A DNA stretch of 64,000 nucleotides from Chrysomallon squamiferum (taxonomy: Eukaryota; Animalia; Mollusca), in NCBI GenBank assembly GCA_012295275.1, contig CM022673.1, positions 22,940,001 through 23,004,000 of the forward strand. The letters are read 5' to 3'. Within the stretch, counting starts at the first letter, position 1; every line of letters begins with the position of its first letter. This document shows positions 1 through 11,760 of this stretch, piece after piece. Made by a program: the position numbers and the translations under genes. The notes beneath the pieces are model-generated. The model worked only from the letters and a program-made list of their open reading frames with translations. It was not told the origin of the DNA and searched no databases.

Positions 1-342
1 AGCAAATGGGAACAATTTGTTTACAATTAGCTTTGAATAAATAACAAACCAGAATACTGTACAAGAATCTGACAAACAAACATCTGCTTTTCATACTAAT
101 GCTGTAATAATACAAAATATTTTTCTTACAAAAGTGCATTTATAATAATATGTATTTTAGACCAAAAGAACAAAATTAATAATAGTTTTGTATTTTGTAT
201 AAATGTGTTTTCCACTAAATTCTGTTTAATAAATTTAGAAAAATAATATTAATATTTAAAAAGTATACAATTTTTGTGATCTCAGTGAAAGATGAATGAT
301 GTGAAATTTAATTACATGCATGTTTTACATTTTCACACTTAC

Positions 343-2623
343 CTTTCTGTAAGCTTTCTTGATATCATCTCCTGTGGCACCTTTTGGCACTTCCAGTAGT
401 TCATAAAGTGATTCACCTGACTTTCTATAAAAAAAAAATAAAAATTTAACATTAATTACATTCTTTAACAGATATTATAATACCACAAACTGAAACAGTT
501 ATTATTACAAAGATTATTATTTATTAAGTTTTGTTCAGACATTTTTTTAATCTTAATAAGTTTTTGATGTTTTGTTTTTGGTTTGTTTTTATTTTTGGGC
601 TTGTATTATTTTGTGGACTTTTTTTTTTTTTTTTTTTTTTTTCTTATGTTTTTTTTTAGGCAGGGCAGATGCAGTTTTATTTTTCCAAATAATAATAATA
701 GGAATAGGAATAGGAATGTGGATATCAGTGAATTAAAAATAAACACCAAAATGTGGTCACATTTATCTGCACAGATCCAATGCACAATAGCCACACCATA
801 TATCCTACTCATTGTTTTATGTGTTGCATAATCTTTAAATCAAGTCATTGTTCTGAATAGGTTAGGTTATAGCCATCAGTATTTTGCCACAATCAAACAT
901 ATTGATTGTCTAGTTCTTCTAAATCAGGAAACAAAAAGAATAATACAAACAATTAACAGTCAAATGACAGCACTATAAATATTCCGTTTTTCACTAATAT
1001 TTCTAGACAGTGGCAAAATGAAATCATAAAAATATTATGAATTTATTATTTTTATATATTGTCATGTGATGTTTACAACCTGCATAATAGTGCTTTCATC
1101 CACCCACACACACGAATACATAAACCTCACATATATACACATACATACATACATACGAATACATATGCTTCATACATACACTGATATATATATATATGTA
1201 TGTATGTGAATACATTTATATTTCACATGTATATACATATACATACATACACACAAACACATATACACATATTTAATATTTGAAAGATGTCAAGAAATTA
1301 ATATTCTTTTCTTATTTTCTTCTTCGTTTCTCTTTCGAGCTCTTTTGAGTTCTTTCTTTTTTCTTTCTTTTCTTTTTTGTAATATTACAAATTCATTCAA
1401 AAAGGCATACAGAACCTGTGGACCAGGGATGGTATCAAAATGAAACTTACATGTAAGCAAATTAGTCCTTGATTTGATGTCACAAAACATTATTTAACCA
1501 AGTAAGTTCAATATATAAAACAGTGAAATAAATGTACTATTTGAGCTGTTGATATTTTAAAGAATTTCTGACTAGTTTTGTATCAAATGACAATCTGCTA
1601 GTTAAGTAGATCTTTATCACATGGTTACATATGAATATAGTTGTTCATATTATTTACATTTAATATGAGTTTAATAAATATATTTGTTCCCAGGATTCCG
1701 TTAACCATCAGCTGAAAAGAACATTTCTTCATTAAGCTTGTTTCTACCTTTCAAAAACTATAAAAATTTATGCCGAAAAAAAAAAAAAAAAAAAAAAAAT
1801 TGGTATATTCAGTTCTATACATTAATATTAGATTGTTTTAAAAGACTGATCAAAATATTCTAAATAAAAATTTCTAATTTTAAGGTTTGTTAATTTTGAT
1901 ATTTAAAATTTGTTCTAGGAAAAGAAAATTTTAATATTGTAAAAAACAAAAAATAAAAAAATAAAAAATCTTTCACAACATGTCACTATGATCTCCACAT
2001 GTAGAATGTAAAGTAAATATATCACTGGGTTTTTTTTTTAACACAGTCTGCAGAATAATCAATAACTATAAAATATATTTGATATACTAAGTTTATTTGT
2101 TTGTTTTTTAATATAAATTATCAAACTCTTATATTAAGCATTTATTATCATTGTGTGGTTTAGTCCATTTAAATGTAGAATCAATTCGTCATGTACTAAT
2201 AATCTCATAGATGTTAATAAATGATTTCACTCCTCTTTCAACCTTGGATTGATATCAGTAACTACCTAAACATTACCATCCTTGAAAAAACTAAATTGCA
2301 TAACAATGTAATCTGAAGCTATTACCCATATACCATTACATAAAATGACAAGCAGAAGCAAACATACATTATTTTTTTACAGTTTCTAGGCATTAGGCTA
2401 CACAAAGAAAACGTTTTTGTTTTTTTCCATTAAAATTTTTAACAACCTGAAAGTATTTGTTTAATTTTTAATAAAATTGTCTATATATTTATCATAATAT
2501 TTTTAAAAATGTGGTTTTTCATTAACAAACAAATAATTATTCATTTATACTTCATCTGTGTCTAATTGCAACTGTAATTACTGATGGTAGATAGATAGAC
2601 AGATAGATACATAGATAGATAGT

Positions 2624-2677
<54 letters not shown>

Positions 2678-3056
2678 CATACATACTACAAGTAAACCAT
2701 GGATTTTCAAATGGCTATAAAAAGTTCTATACATACACATTTATGGTCTGTTTAATTTATTAAAAAGATCCAGCCAGTTGATGTTTCATCCCTTGCTTTC
2801 AAATGAAACAGATGTTTCATTTTTAGATAATTAACAAATAATCAACACATTAAGCATCCATAATATCAAATTAAAGTATCACACAGTTAATATGATTAAT
2901 TCAACATAAACATATTAAATACACTTTGTACAAGAACTACATAAATCTGATTTCAAAGGTCACTTTTCCTATGAGAATATTACTTATGTTGATAAGCAGA
3001 TAATGTTGTTAATGACATAAAACTTTATCACAAGCTGTAAATATCTCTCTCTGTCT

Positions 3057-3099
<43 letters not shown>

Positions 3100-6000
3100 G
3101 AACCATACATACACACATATATATATATATATAAATACACACATGCACACATATCTATGTAAATACTTATATACATTTATTCACATAAACACACTGTATA
3201 TAACTATTTCTGTTGTAACTCAATTATATAGGCACAGGTGAAATCAAAATCATATATTATAAAATGTATATATAAAGTTATAAAAGTTAAAAGTGATTGG
3301 GTGTCAAGTATACTGTTTTACATTCTGACATGTCTCAGGCATCATTTCTTCAACTACTTATTATCAGCAAGTGACCACCTGCTTCCAAGATATCTGTGCA
3401 TTTTTTTTTAAACAAAGACATGAAATTGCAACCATAAAATTGTTGTGTGGCACTGGCATAAAAGAAAGATGTTGAAAAGGTACACCCAAGAATTAATCCA
3501 TCAACAAACCACACTTTGGGGCAGTCCCCTAATGGTAACTAAAATACTATAGCAAAATCCTTTTTTTTAATAAATAATCCCTACTGTAGGTATTAAAATC
3601 TGATTAATTTTGGGAAATAACATTTTAATATTAATGTTCTTAAAATATTCACTCTAAACAGTATATTATTCTAACACATTAACCTAACATATTTCGTCAA
3701 ACATTTGGTAAACAACCATTAACCAAAATTGAAAGTATTTTTGAGACCTGACATGTTTATATTTACATATAAATATAATTTATACATATATTTATATTAC
3801 ATGAAATGAAGGTCGTTGCTGGTAAATGACAAGTTTTTCTCTACAATGGTACCTCCCCTACCAGCTGCTTACAGATCAATACAAACACAATTACATCCAG
3901 ATAGACTATTGATCAGTTAGAGCATGTTATTAAGAGAATATTAGTAGATATATATTTACAGCGAGTAACACATAATTTAATTACCCCAAAAGTCAGCAAT
4001 TTTTGTGCTTCTGCTGCAAATATTAAATATATACTCTCTCATGCAATACAAGAATTTATGTTGATATTTTCAGCAATAAAAATTCTATCCATAACCCCTT
4101 TGCTTCAGTTTAGTAGTTAATAAAGTAAGAGAGGTAAACTAAAGACAACTGTTGTGGTAGATTTGATAAGCAAGCCATCCACCATCAAAAAAAAAAAAAA
4201 AAAATGGCAACCATCCTAATAATAACTAGAGACTCATTAGATTAACTGTTAAGTTTACTTACAAAAGCTTTTAGTATAACTTTGGCATTAGAATATTAAT
4301 ATTTAGATATTGCAAAAATAGTTGTTAATGATTTTAGTGGTTAGTAAGTTAACAGATATCTGTCAAAAAACTGTGACCTTGTTGATTAGATAATTAACAG
4401 ATATCTCAGGATAGTATTCTTTTATGTTACCTTTGTGATTAGTATAAAAATAGATATTTGCAAAAAAAGTATTCTTGATGGTTAGCAGGATAATAAGTAA
4501 TTGAGTTTTAAGTTTTATATTAGACAGTAATGTTATTTAAATAATAGATGGTTAGGGGTTTTTTAATAAAGATAATTTGAAAGATACGTTGGTGCTTGTT
4601 ACTTGGTTGTAAGTTAACAAATATTTATAAAAAGAGTTCTATATGACCTTGGTTATTAATAACCTAATAATCAGATATCTGATCAAAGACATTATTTATC
4701 TATCTTTCTTTAAGATGTCAATAGATAGTTCAAAGAACAAAATTATATTTTGTGACAATCTTTATCAAATTAACATATATTTTGCAAAAAAAAATCTGTT
4801 TAGGTCTTGACTGTCAGTAATGTAAAAACATAACTATTTAGCATAATGTTTTGCATCATATGACCTAGGTGGTTAATAAGCCAGCAAATATTATATATAA
4901 AAAGTTGCTTTGTATAGAACTTATGTTTACTTTTTCAATGAACAGTTGTAAACTGACATTCTTATGTAACCTTGGCAGTAAATACATTTAAGTGGAAATG
5001 ATATCATGCTTGTTGTTGTCACTGGTTACTAAGATAATTTATATAAGAGCTCTGTGTCAAATTTTATAATAAACACAGTTATCTACAAGTCCTAAATATA
5101 ATGCTTTTTCCCAAAACTAATGCTTAATCAGTCAATTTAAAATATATTTAAGGTAACAAATTATTCATTTTAAAAGAAAATATATTTATTACAATTAAAA
5201 CATGTAAATAAAATTAATTATATTTTTGTAAAAATTTAATAATTAAAGCACTAAAGGTTCTTACTTTACCAGTATGCTCTGGATATTAGTGTAACAATAT
5301 TTTAAAATGCAGGTTTCATAATGCAGTGTAGCTGCTACATTTTCATTTCAATATAAATAATGCCCACAAACTGTGGCATGCTTCTATTATGACAAATGTT
5401 ATTCATGACAACTTTTTGTGGTTTTGTGTGTGACTGTGTGTGTGTTTTTTTCATCAGATCACAAAACAGTGGTGAGCCACCAGCTTTCATCATTTCAGGT
5501 ATGATACTTAACGTTACTGATGGTGTAATGCACTGAAGAAATGCAATATGATAATAGTTATAAAACTGGAACCTCAAAATCTTACCAGAATTTAGATCAT
5601 AAGAACAGACAATAGCTTTTTCAAAAATACGTGGGCTCCTCTGGCCTTCTTTCAAAGAACTAATTTTCATACATCTAAGCTATTAATGCTGATGATGAAA
5701 ATTATAAATCGGATGCCAAAGTCATAAAGTGAGCTAGTTTTATATTTGAACAAGTACTAAAACAAAACAAAATCATAGCAAAATATTCAGTTAAAAGCTC
5801 TAACGTACTGAACTGCTGTGTGACCAAATCTAGTTTTTTTTGGTTACGTTATTAAACAACTGTTATATTCATGATCTGATAAATATACGATAAATTTTAT
5901 AACTAATTCTGTAACTGAGTAATTCTGAATTCATTTTAATAACCGGTTTCTGAACCAAATTTTAGACGATTTAGATTACTTATGCTGATATTCTCAGAGA

Positions 6001-6248
6001 ACGTGAAATAATTTAAAACTAAAATTTATATACATATTTTTAAACTCATATTGGTGTAAATTAGAAAAGATAAACTGGCAGTATAGATTTATAGTTTGTA
6101 AATCAATTATGATGCGATAATCATATACATTATTATTATAATACGGCAAACAGCATACTGCGGCAACATGAAAATTGTTGGTAAGACATAATATTATAAT
6201 TAACCCGATTTTGTCTAATACTTACGAATAATGTCTTGGTCGAGACAT
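343..6248 (-). CDS. DNAJC5: Cysteine string protein / DnaJ subfamily C member 5, 5' part only (coding exons 6248-6226 and 424-343; gene continues off the left edge)
   Basis: The spliced translation MSRPRHYS|KSGESLYELLEVPKGATGDDIKKAYRK matches the CSP N-terminus and J-domain helices I-II (cf. STSGESLY..ATxDDIKKxYRK). Donors are GTAAGT and the phase-2 junction is consistent. The HPD motif and cysteine string lie outside the window. Confidence 0.88.
2588..2677. repeat. (AGAT)n tetranucleotide microsatellite
   Basis: Direct reading; slightly interrupted. Confidence 0.95.
3046..3133. repeat. Compound (CT)/(AT)/(AC) microsatellite
   Basis: Direct reading. Confidence 0.9.
3310..3545 (-). mobile_element. 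Highly degraded SINE-like relic
   Basis: The stretch ttgttgtgtggcactggc...ggtacacc...aattaatcc resembles the reverse strand of a gastropod tRNA-derived SINE as I recall it. Weak similarity. Confidence 0.3.
4275..4985. repeat. Degenerate ~45-55 bp minisatellite in DNAJC5 intron 1
   Basis: Recurring unit approximately tgaccttg-(g)tgattagtaa-ttaacagatat(c/t)tg-caaaaaa at about 4277, 4329, 4374, 4427, 4644, 4861 and 4967. Confidence 0.55.
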
Positions 6249-6289
6249 CTCTTTAACACTTATTGAATTATCTCAGAAAGAATGCTACT

Positions 6290-6430
6290 GACAAGGAATA
6301 AAAACCGACTTCCTTGTTCACGTTAAACCATACTGTCAAACAAAAACGACATTAATTATCAACTAGCTTTACGTTTATAAAACCTCGGCCGCAATCGTCA
6401 TAAAAATACGACAATGACCGAGTGAAGGGA
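6290..6430 (-). promoter_or_regulatory. Probable DNAJC5 promoter/TSS region
   Basis: Local CpG enrichment (e.g. cctcggccgcaatcg) and an ETS-like acttcc just upstream of the ATG exon, in otherwise CpG-poor DNA. Confidence 0.4.
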
Positions 6431-8352
6431 GATAATAATACTTTCTAAAGATTTCATACTACAATTCAAATTTTGTAAATAGAATTTATAAATTTTACAC
6501 GTAAAATACTAAATCAATTCATTTATTGTTTTAAACTCTGCTTTTTTTATTTTTAATCGATGTGATTATAAATATGTTATATAGTTATGCAGAACAATGT
6601 TATCACAATATAGTAGTAATTTTAAGAATGTTTAATATTGAAATATTTTCTGCCAAAAACGTTATATATTATATAACATCCTGTTTATAATATATTTGTC
6701 TTAAGATAATAATTTATGTAATTTTATTTGTACCTAGCTAATTAATATACAAATATATGGAGAAGTAAACACTGTTATTACTTTATTCACAACATGAAAT
6801 ATATTTTTAAATTAATTGGTATTTCAGCTGTTAATGCCAGTCAGTTATTTGATTCATGTATACTGAATTTTTTGCAGGTTCAGCCAGTTCCTGGACAGTC
6901 AATATCGTTGTTAATACTGTACCAAAAATCACACCTTCACAAAGAATATATATATATATTATTTTTTTTTATATATTTTTATTGAAGGTCATGGACTTTA
7001 TTAGCATTTTACACTTTTAATGAATAAAAAAAAATAATAAAAGAAAAACAATGTTTCCATTCCTGGTTTCAAAAAATGATTAAAACAAAGACAGACTGTT
7101 TTCAATAATACATTTTTATTATATAAAGATGTAAAAGTTTGGTAAGGCTAGCAGAAATACTCCTAAGCCCTTGAATGTGTTAGTTTACCACATTTTATCA
7201 AAGGCCATGATATGTCCTTTCTTGAATATGGCAACACATGTACATTATAACAGAACTGAATTGAAAAAAATATGCCACTGCATTCTGATGCTGGGTTTGA
7301 ATTTTTTATTTTCTATTGTATGAAGTGAGAAATATTATTAAAAACATGTAAATTAAAAAAAATGTTTTGGTTAAACATTTCTTCGTTCCTTTTCCTTCAA
7401 AGTTATTATCTATAATTTGGTTTTATGTAATTTGCCTGCTCACTCCTCATCAGTGCAACTGAAGAAGATTTTCATACCAACTATATAGATTTATCATACA
7501 TCTCACAGACATTTTGCTATGGGGAGTGTATGCAAATTAATTTTGTTAATTGCTAAGTTGTCCCAATAGTGAATTGGTGGATTCCAAGTTTTTAACAGTA
7601 TTATAGATTCTAATCAGTGATGAGACCTCTTGTTTGAGGACTAAATACTAATTGATTTCTTTGATGAATCACTGGGTATTTCTCATTTCAGCAGGCACCA
7701 GATATATACTTTTCTATGTGGACAAAACAAATGCATCTTTTGTTCTCAAGATAAAAAAATATATATTACATTTTCTCTGAAGACTATTACTAGTTTTAAA
7801 TCAGAATTAACAGATGTTTGAATCCGATACACAATACATAGCTGCATCTTTTAATGTTAAACAAATGTATATATTACAAGTACTATCTGAATGTATATTA
7901 CTCCAAATATCCAATTAAAAAAAATTATATAAAATGTTTGTAGTTAGCAAATGTTACATCCTGTGAAGCTCAGTTGTTGAAGTCAATTTTGTTATACTGT
8001 TAAATGTTGAATATATAAATTTTAAACCATGTATTAAATTTAACAAAGAAAGAAACACAAAAGAAAAGAAGAAATTATTTATTTTACAAAATTCTAGAAC
8101 ATTTGTGCTTCTAGAGAATTAAAATAATAATAAAATGAAAAATATATGTGTAGATAAAATTGTTTAACTTTTATTAGATTTTATTATTTGGAATCTGTTT
8201 TATATCAAATTTAAGTAAATAATGCCAATATAAAAAAAACAAAAAAAAACATTTCATCCATTCTTATATCAGTATTCCTAGCTGATCCTAAACTGTAAAA
8301 TATTTTTGTGTGCAAATGATGTGCAGTTTGCAACAAAAATACTCAATTTATA

Positions 8353-8982
8353 AAGCCCTCAAACACACAAAAAATAGTTATTTAATTTTAAGAAAACATT
8401 TATTCAGACACAATTTTAAGTAATTTTGTATTTTTTATAATTACTAAATATCTAATCAAAGAAAAACAGTAGACAATAATGCTGAATCTAAGAATATTCT
8501 GTTCTTACAAAACCATTAAAAAATAATAATAGCTAAATATATTTCACAATAATTAACTGATGAGGTAATTGTGTATGCTTTTTAATCATATTTATTACTT
8601 TATTAATAATAACTGAATAATGATTAATAAATTTTATATTAAATGAGTCCAAATTATTGCAATAAAAATATTCCTATTATTCACTGCTACAGCATAAGCC
8701 CTCAAACACACAAAAAAAAGTTATTTAATTTTAAGAAAACACTTTTTCAGACACAACTTTATGTAATGTTGTATTTTTTATTATTACTAAATAACTAATC
8801 AATGAAAAACAGCAGACAATAATGCTGAATCTAAGAATATTCTGTTCTTACAAAACGATTAAAAAATAATATCTAAATATATTTTACAATAATTAACTGA
8901 TCAGGTAATTGTGTATGCTTTTTAATCATATTTATTACTTTATTTTTAATAATAACTGAATAATGATTATAAATTTTATATT
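8353..8982. repeat. Tandem direct duplication of ~290 bp (8353-8640 and 8696-8982) downstream of the TRIM stop codon
   Basis: Both copies begin aagccctcaaacacacaaaaaa and share agacaataatgctgaatctaagaatattctgttcttacaaaac and ggtaattgtgtatgctttttaatcatatttattacttta. Confidence 0.95.
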
Positions 8983-9170
8983 GAACACAACAAATAAATT
9001 CATATTAGTAGGCACTATGGCATGCATGTGAATTGTACATCTTTAGAAAAAAAATACATTATGTTACAGTTGTTTGTGTGTTTACATACATCTGTATTTA
9101 CTGAAATTACATAAGAAAGAATTCAGTATAATGAAACAAGACAGATAACAGTATATAAGATGTTCTTCCA

Positions 9171-10964
9171 TTATTTAATACAAATGACTTCACCATTTGA
9201 TGTGCCAACCAAAAGGGAAAATTCTTTGGGATGTAAAGACAGAGATGTAGGTTCTATAAGTCTCAATGGTGATGTACCAACAAAACCTAGAAACCTGCCA
9301 TCAGGAGAAACAGCATGAATTCCATGATTCCAGTCAGCCACATAAACTGTTTCATCTGTTCCACAGACAACATCCCAAAGTTCAGAGCCTGGGAAAGGGG
9401 ACTCATAAGAATGTTTTAGTTTGAATTGAGCATCAAAGATTTTCACTATTCTAGAATTATCAGATACAGCAACTGTTCCTTTTTCACTAATGGCCACAAA
9501 TCTAGGTGATTCAAATATCATATTTCCAGTGCTGCTTCTCTTAATGATATTGACCACTCTTCCAGATGGGGTCATGACATACACACATTTGTCCATTTCA
9601 TCACATACAAAGATACGGCCATGTTTGTCCACTCCAACTCCCCTTGGCATAGATAATCCATGAGCAATTTGATTTTTAAAAGTCCCATCAAGGTGAAGCA
9701 AATTAACAGTGCCACATCCATCATTAGTTTCACAGTCTGTGGCAACAATTTCACCACCTGTGGCCAAAGCCACACCCCATGGCCTCAAACATGGTAGATG
9801 TTGTATCTGTGAAACAACTTCATTTTTCAGCATTATCAAAGAATCACAGTTTGAGGAAACAAACATATGACCACTGTAGGTGACAGCAATGCCTGTTACA
9901 AAGAATTTGTTGTGCAAATGATGTAAAAGTCTGCCTGTTACTTGAGAATCTGATGGATAACGTGGTGCTTGTTGTGGATCCATGAAAGGAAATGTCAAGC
10001 TTCCAACTGTAGAAATCTGAACATCTTTTATAAGGTTGTCAACAGCAAAAAACTCAAATTTTGTTTTTTCTGTTAAACTTGGAATTTTTATATCTTTTGT
10101 ATTTTCCCGAAGTTTCTGAACATTCTCCAACATGCTTGTTATCAGCCATGCATCAGAACTATTTTTTGTTTCTTTTACAAAATCCAAAGCTTTTTCAACC
10201 TGAAACATATTCTGCTCAGTCTGTTCAATTTTGGTTTCTAGCTGAAATCCAGTTTTAGAAATATGTACAGCAAGAACTTCCAAAAGTTGTATCTTTTTTT
10301 CTTCCAAAATTTTCCACAGCTTAGCAAATGTCTGCTCAATGTTAGCAGCTACCAACTCACCCTGTTCAACAAACTGTTGTTGTGTCAGCAAAACTTCTTG
10401 ATATCTGCTGTCTAACGATGATAAAAGCGTGTTTAATTCTTGTTCTGCCTCTGTTAGTTTATCTCTAGCTTTTTTAACTACAACATCAACAGACAGAGTA
10501 ACATGGTCAGAGGTTGCTGGCAGCTTGTTATGTGCTTTTGAGCATATCTTGCATAGCCAGAGATTGCATTGGCTACAAAATATTTCAGTACCTCTGTCCT
10601 CTTCACAAGCTTCACATCTTTTTGCAACTGAAGTTCCAAGCCATTCAGATCGACCCTTGACTACATTCTGCAGAGACTTTTCTTTGTCAATAAAATTTAG
10701 AAGGCTGTCAACCCAAAAGTTACTTTTCAGCAAATGAACATTTGCACAAGGAATGACAGTTTGATGACGACATAAAGGGCAAGCCAGTATTCCTGGTTTG
10801 CCCAAATTGTTCAGATACCCTTCTAGGCAAGGTAAGCAGAAAGTGTGTTGACAATTTAATAGTTTAGGGTTTGTATATCGATCTAGACAAAGAGAACAAA
10901 TCAAAAACTGTCCTGTAAGTTTGTCAACACTGACATTATCTGCTGGTTCTGGTGCTGTTGCCAT
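9171..10964 (-). CDS. TRIM-NHL-type E3 ubiquitin ligase (RING, single B-box, coiled coil, NHL beta-propeller); TRIM2/3/56/71-like; CDS in one exon
   Basis: 597-aa ORF. C3HC4 RING CSLC..CQHTFCLPC..CPLC (10898-10770); B-box CEAC..CSQC..CKIC..H..H (10616-10503); helical heptad region; NHL repeats (PWGVAL, PRGVGVD..GRIFVCD, PRFVAI, VYVADW). Confidence 0.92.
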   Translation of the reverse strand: MATAPEPADNVSVDKLTGQFLICSLCLDRYTNPKLLNCQHTFCLPCLEGYLNNLGKPGILACPLCRHQTVIPCANVHLLKSNFWVDSLLNFIDKEKSLQNVVKGRSEWLGTSVAKRCEACEEDRGTEIFCSQCNLWLCKICSKAHNKLPATSDHVTLSVDVVVKKARDKLTEAEQELNTLLSSLDSRYQEVLLTQQQFVEQGELVAANIEQTFAKLWKILEEKKIQLLEVLAVHISKTGFQLETKIEQTEQNMFQVEKALDFVKETKNSSDAWLITSMLENVQKLRENTKDIKIPSLTEKTKFEFFAVDNLIKDVQISTVGSLTFPFMDPQQAPRYPSDSQVTGRLLHHLHNKFFVTGIAVTYSGHMFVSSNCDSLIMLKNEVVSQIQHLPCLRPWGVALATGGEIVATDCETNDGCGTVNLLHLDGTFKNQIAHGLSMPRGVGVDKHGRIFVCDEMDKCVYVMTPSGRVVNIIKRSSTGNMIFESPRFVAISEKGTVAVSDNSRIVKIFDAQFKLKHSYESPFPGSELWDVVCGTDETVYVADWNHGIHAVSPDGRFLGFVGTSPLRLIEPTSLSLHPKEFSLLVGTSNGEVICIK

Positions 10965-10977
10965 ATCAGTTATAATT

Positions 10978-11596
10978 CTGAAAAATAAACAGAAAGGTAA
11001 AAAGTAATTCCCTTTGATATTAATATATATTTAACCTTATTTTAAAATTGACACCTCTGTTTATCATGATATTGGTAAATCAAAAACGTAATTTTAGGTA
11101 TCTTCAAAATAAAAATAATACACAATAAATTATTATTATTAAAATATAGATGTATCACAAAAATAATCACATGTATTTCTGGTATTGCCAGTCATAACAA
11201 AATACACATGAAACTTATGATTATCATTATTTGCATTGAATAAAGCATTAAAAAAGGCATTCAATGTAACCAACATTTTCATTTTAACTAGCCTTCACTT
11301 AGCTGAACAAAATTATTACTAAAGATTTAAAAATTGATTTTAAGGAATATTTTAAAAACGGAATCAAAACTGACTTCATTATTTTCTATACACACGCCAA
11401 AAGAAATTTAAATATAATATTTAGAAAGAAATCCAGTATCCAGACATATTTGTTTTGTTCTATATATTTATGATTAACAAAATTATAAAAGAGAAACAAG
11501 ACTGACATTTCAAGGGATCGCCTTTAAGATTTCATTCTACTTGTTTCAAAAAATCTATATAAATGATTGCTAAAAGCATTACTAAATATAACTTAC
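10978..11596 (-). other. Probable 5'UTR intron of the TRIM gene (non-coding first exon about 11597-11690)
   Basis: Minus-strand donor tt|GTAAGT at 11596 and acceptor tttatttttcAG 13 nt before the ATG. Confidence 0.6.
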
Positions 11597-11699
11597 AAGA
11601 AAATGTGCACATATGTATTTAATACAGATTCTTAGTTGATATAGTTTGTTAATGAAGTGGTTAACTTCGTCTTCTGTGCCGTATCTTTGCCAGAACCAG

Positions 11700-11760
11700 A
11701 TGAAAGCGGCTTTCTCATTGGTTAATCCCGTGCAAGATATTGCGCGCAGGCGTATTGAGT
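11700..11760 (-). promoter_or_regulatory. Probable TRIM promoter: CCAAT box (11717-11721) and NRF1-like GCGC element (11741-11754)
   Basis: attgg and tgcgcgcaggcgta lie in a CpG patch immediately upstream of the putative first exon. Confidence 0.45.

Noticed and set aside
583-1490. Short ORFs rich in F or K (also 22673-22965, 48036-48342, 63644-63890)
   Set aside because: They are translations of poly-T/poly-A tracts and microsatellites.
4275-4985. CRISPR-like repeat/spacer interpretation of the periodic region
   Set aside because: Eukaryotic intron, repeats too degenerate, no constant repeat with unique spacers, and no cas genes.
5335-5670. 111-aa minus-strand ORF in the DNAJC5 intron; IIPEMMKAGGSPL recalls the RTE-LINE motif GIPAELLKAGG
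   Set aside because: Only one short motif, with no further reverse-transcriptase motifs or clear exon context. It may be a tiny LINE relic but cannot be supported without a profile search.
9572-10737. ORFs overlapping the TRIM CDS in other frames or on the opposite strand
   Set aside because: Shadow ORFs of the real coding sequence.
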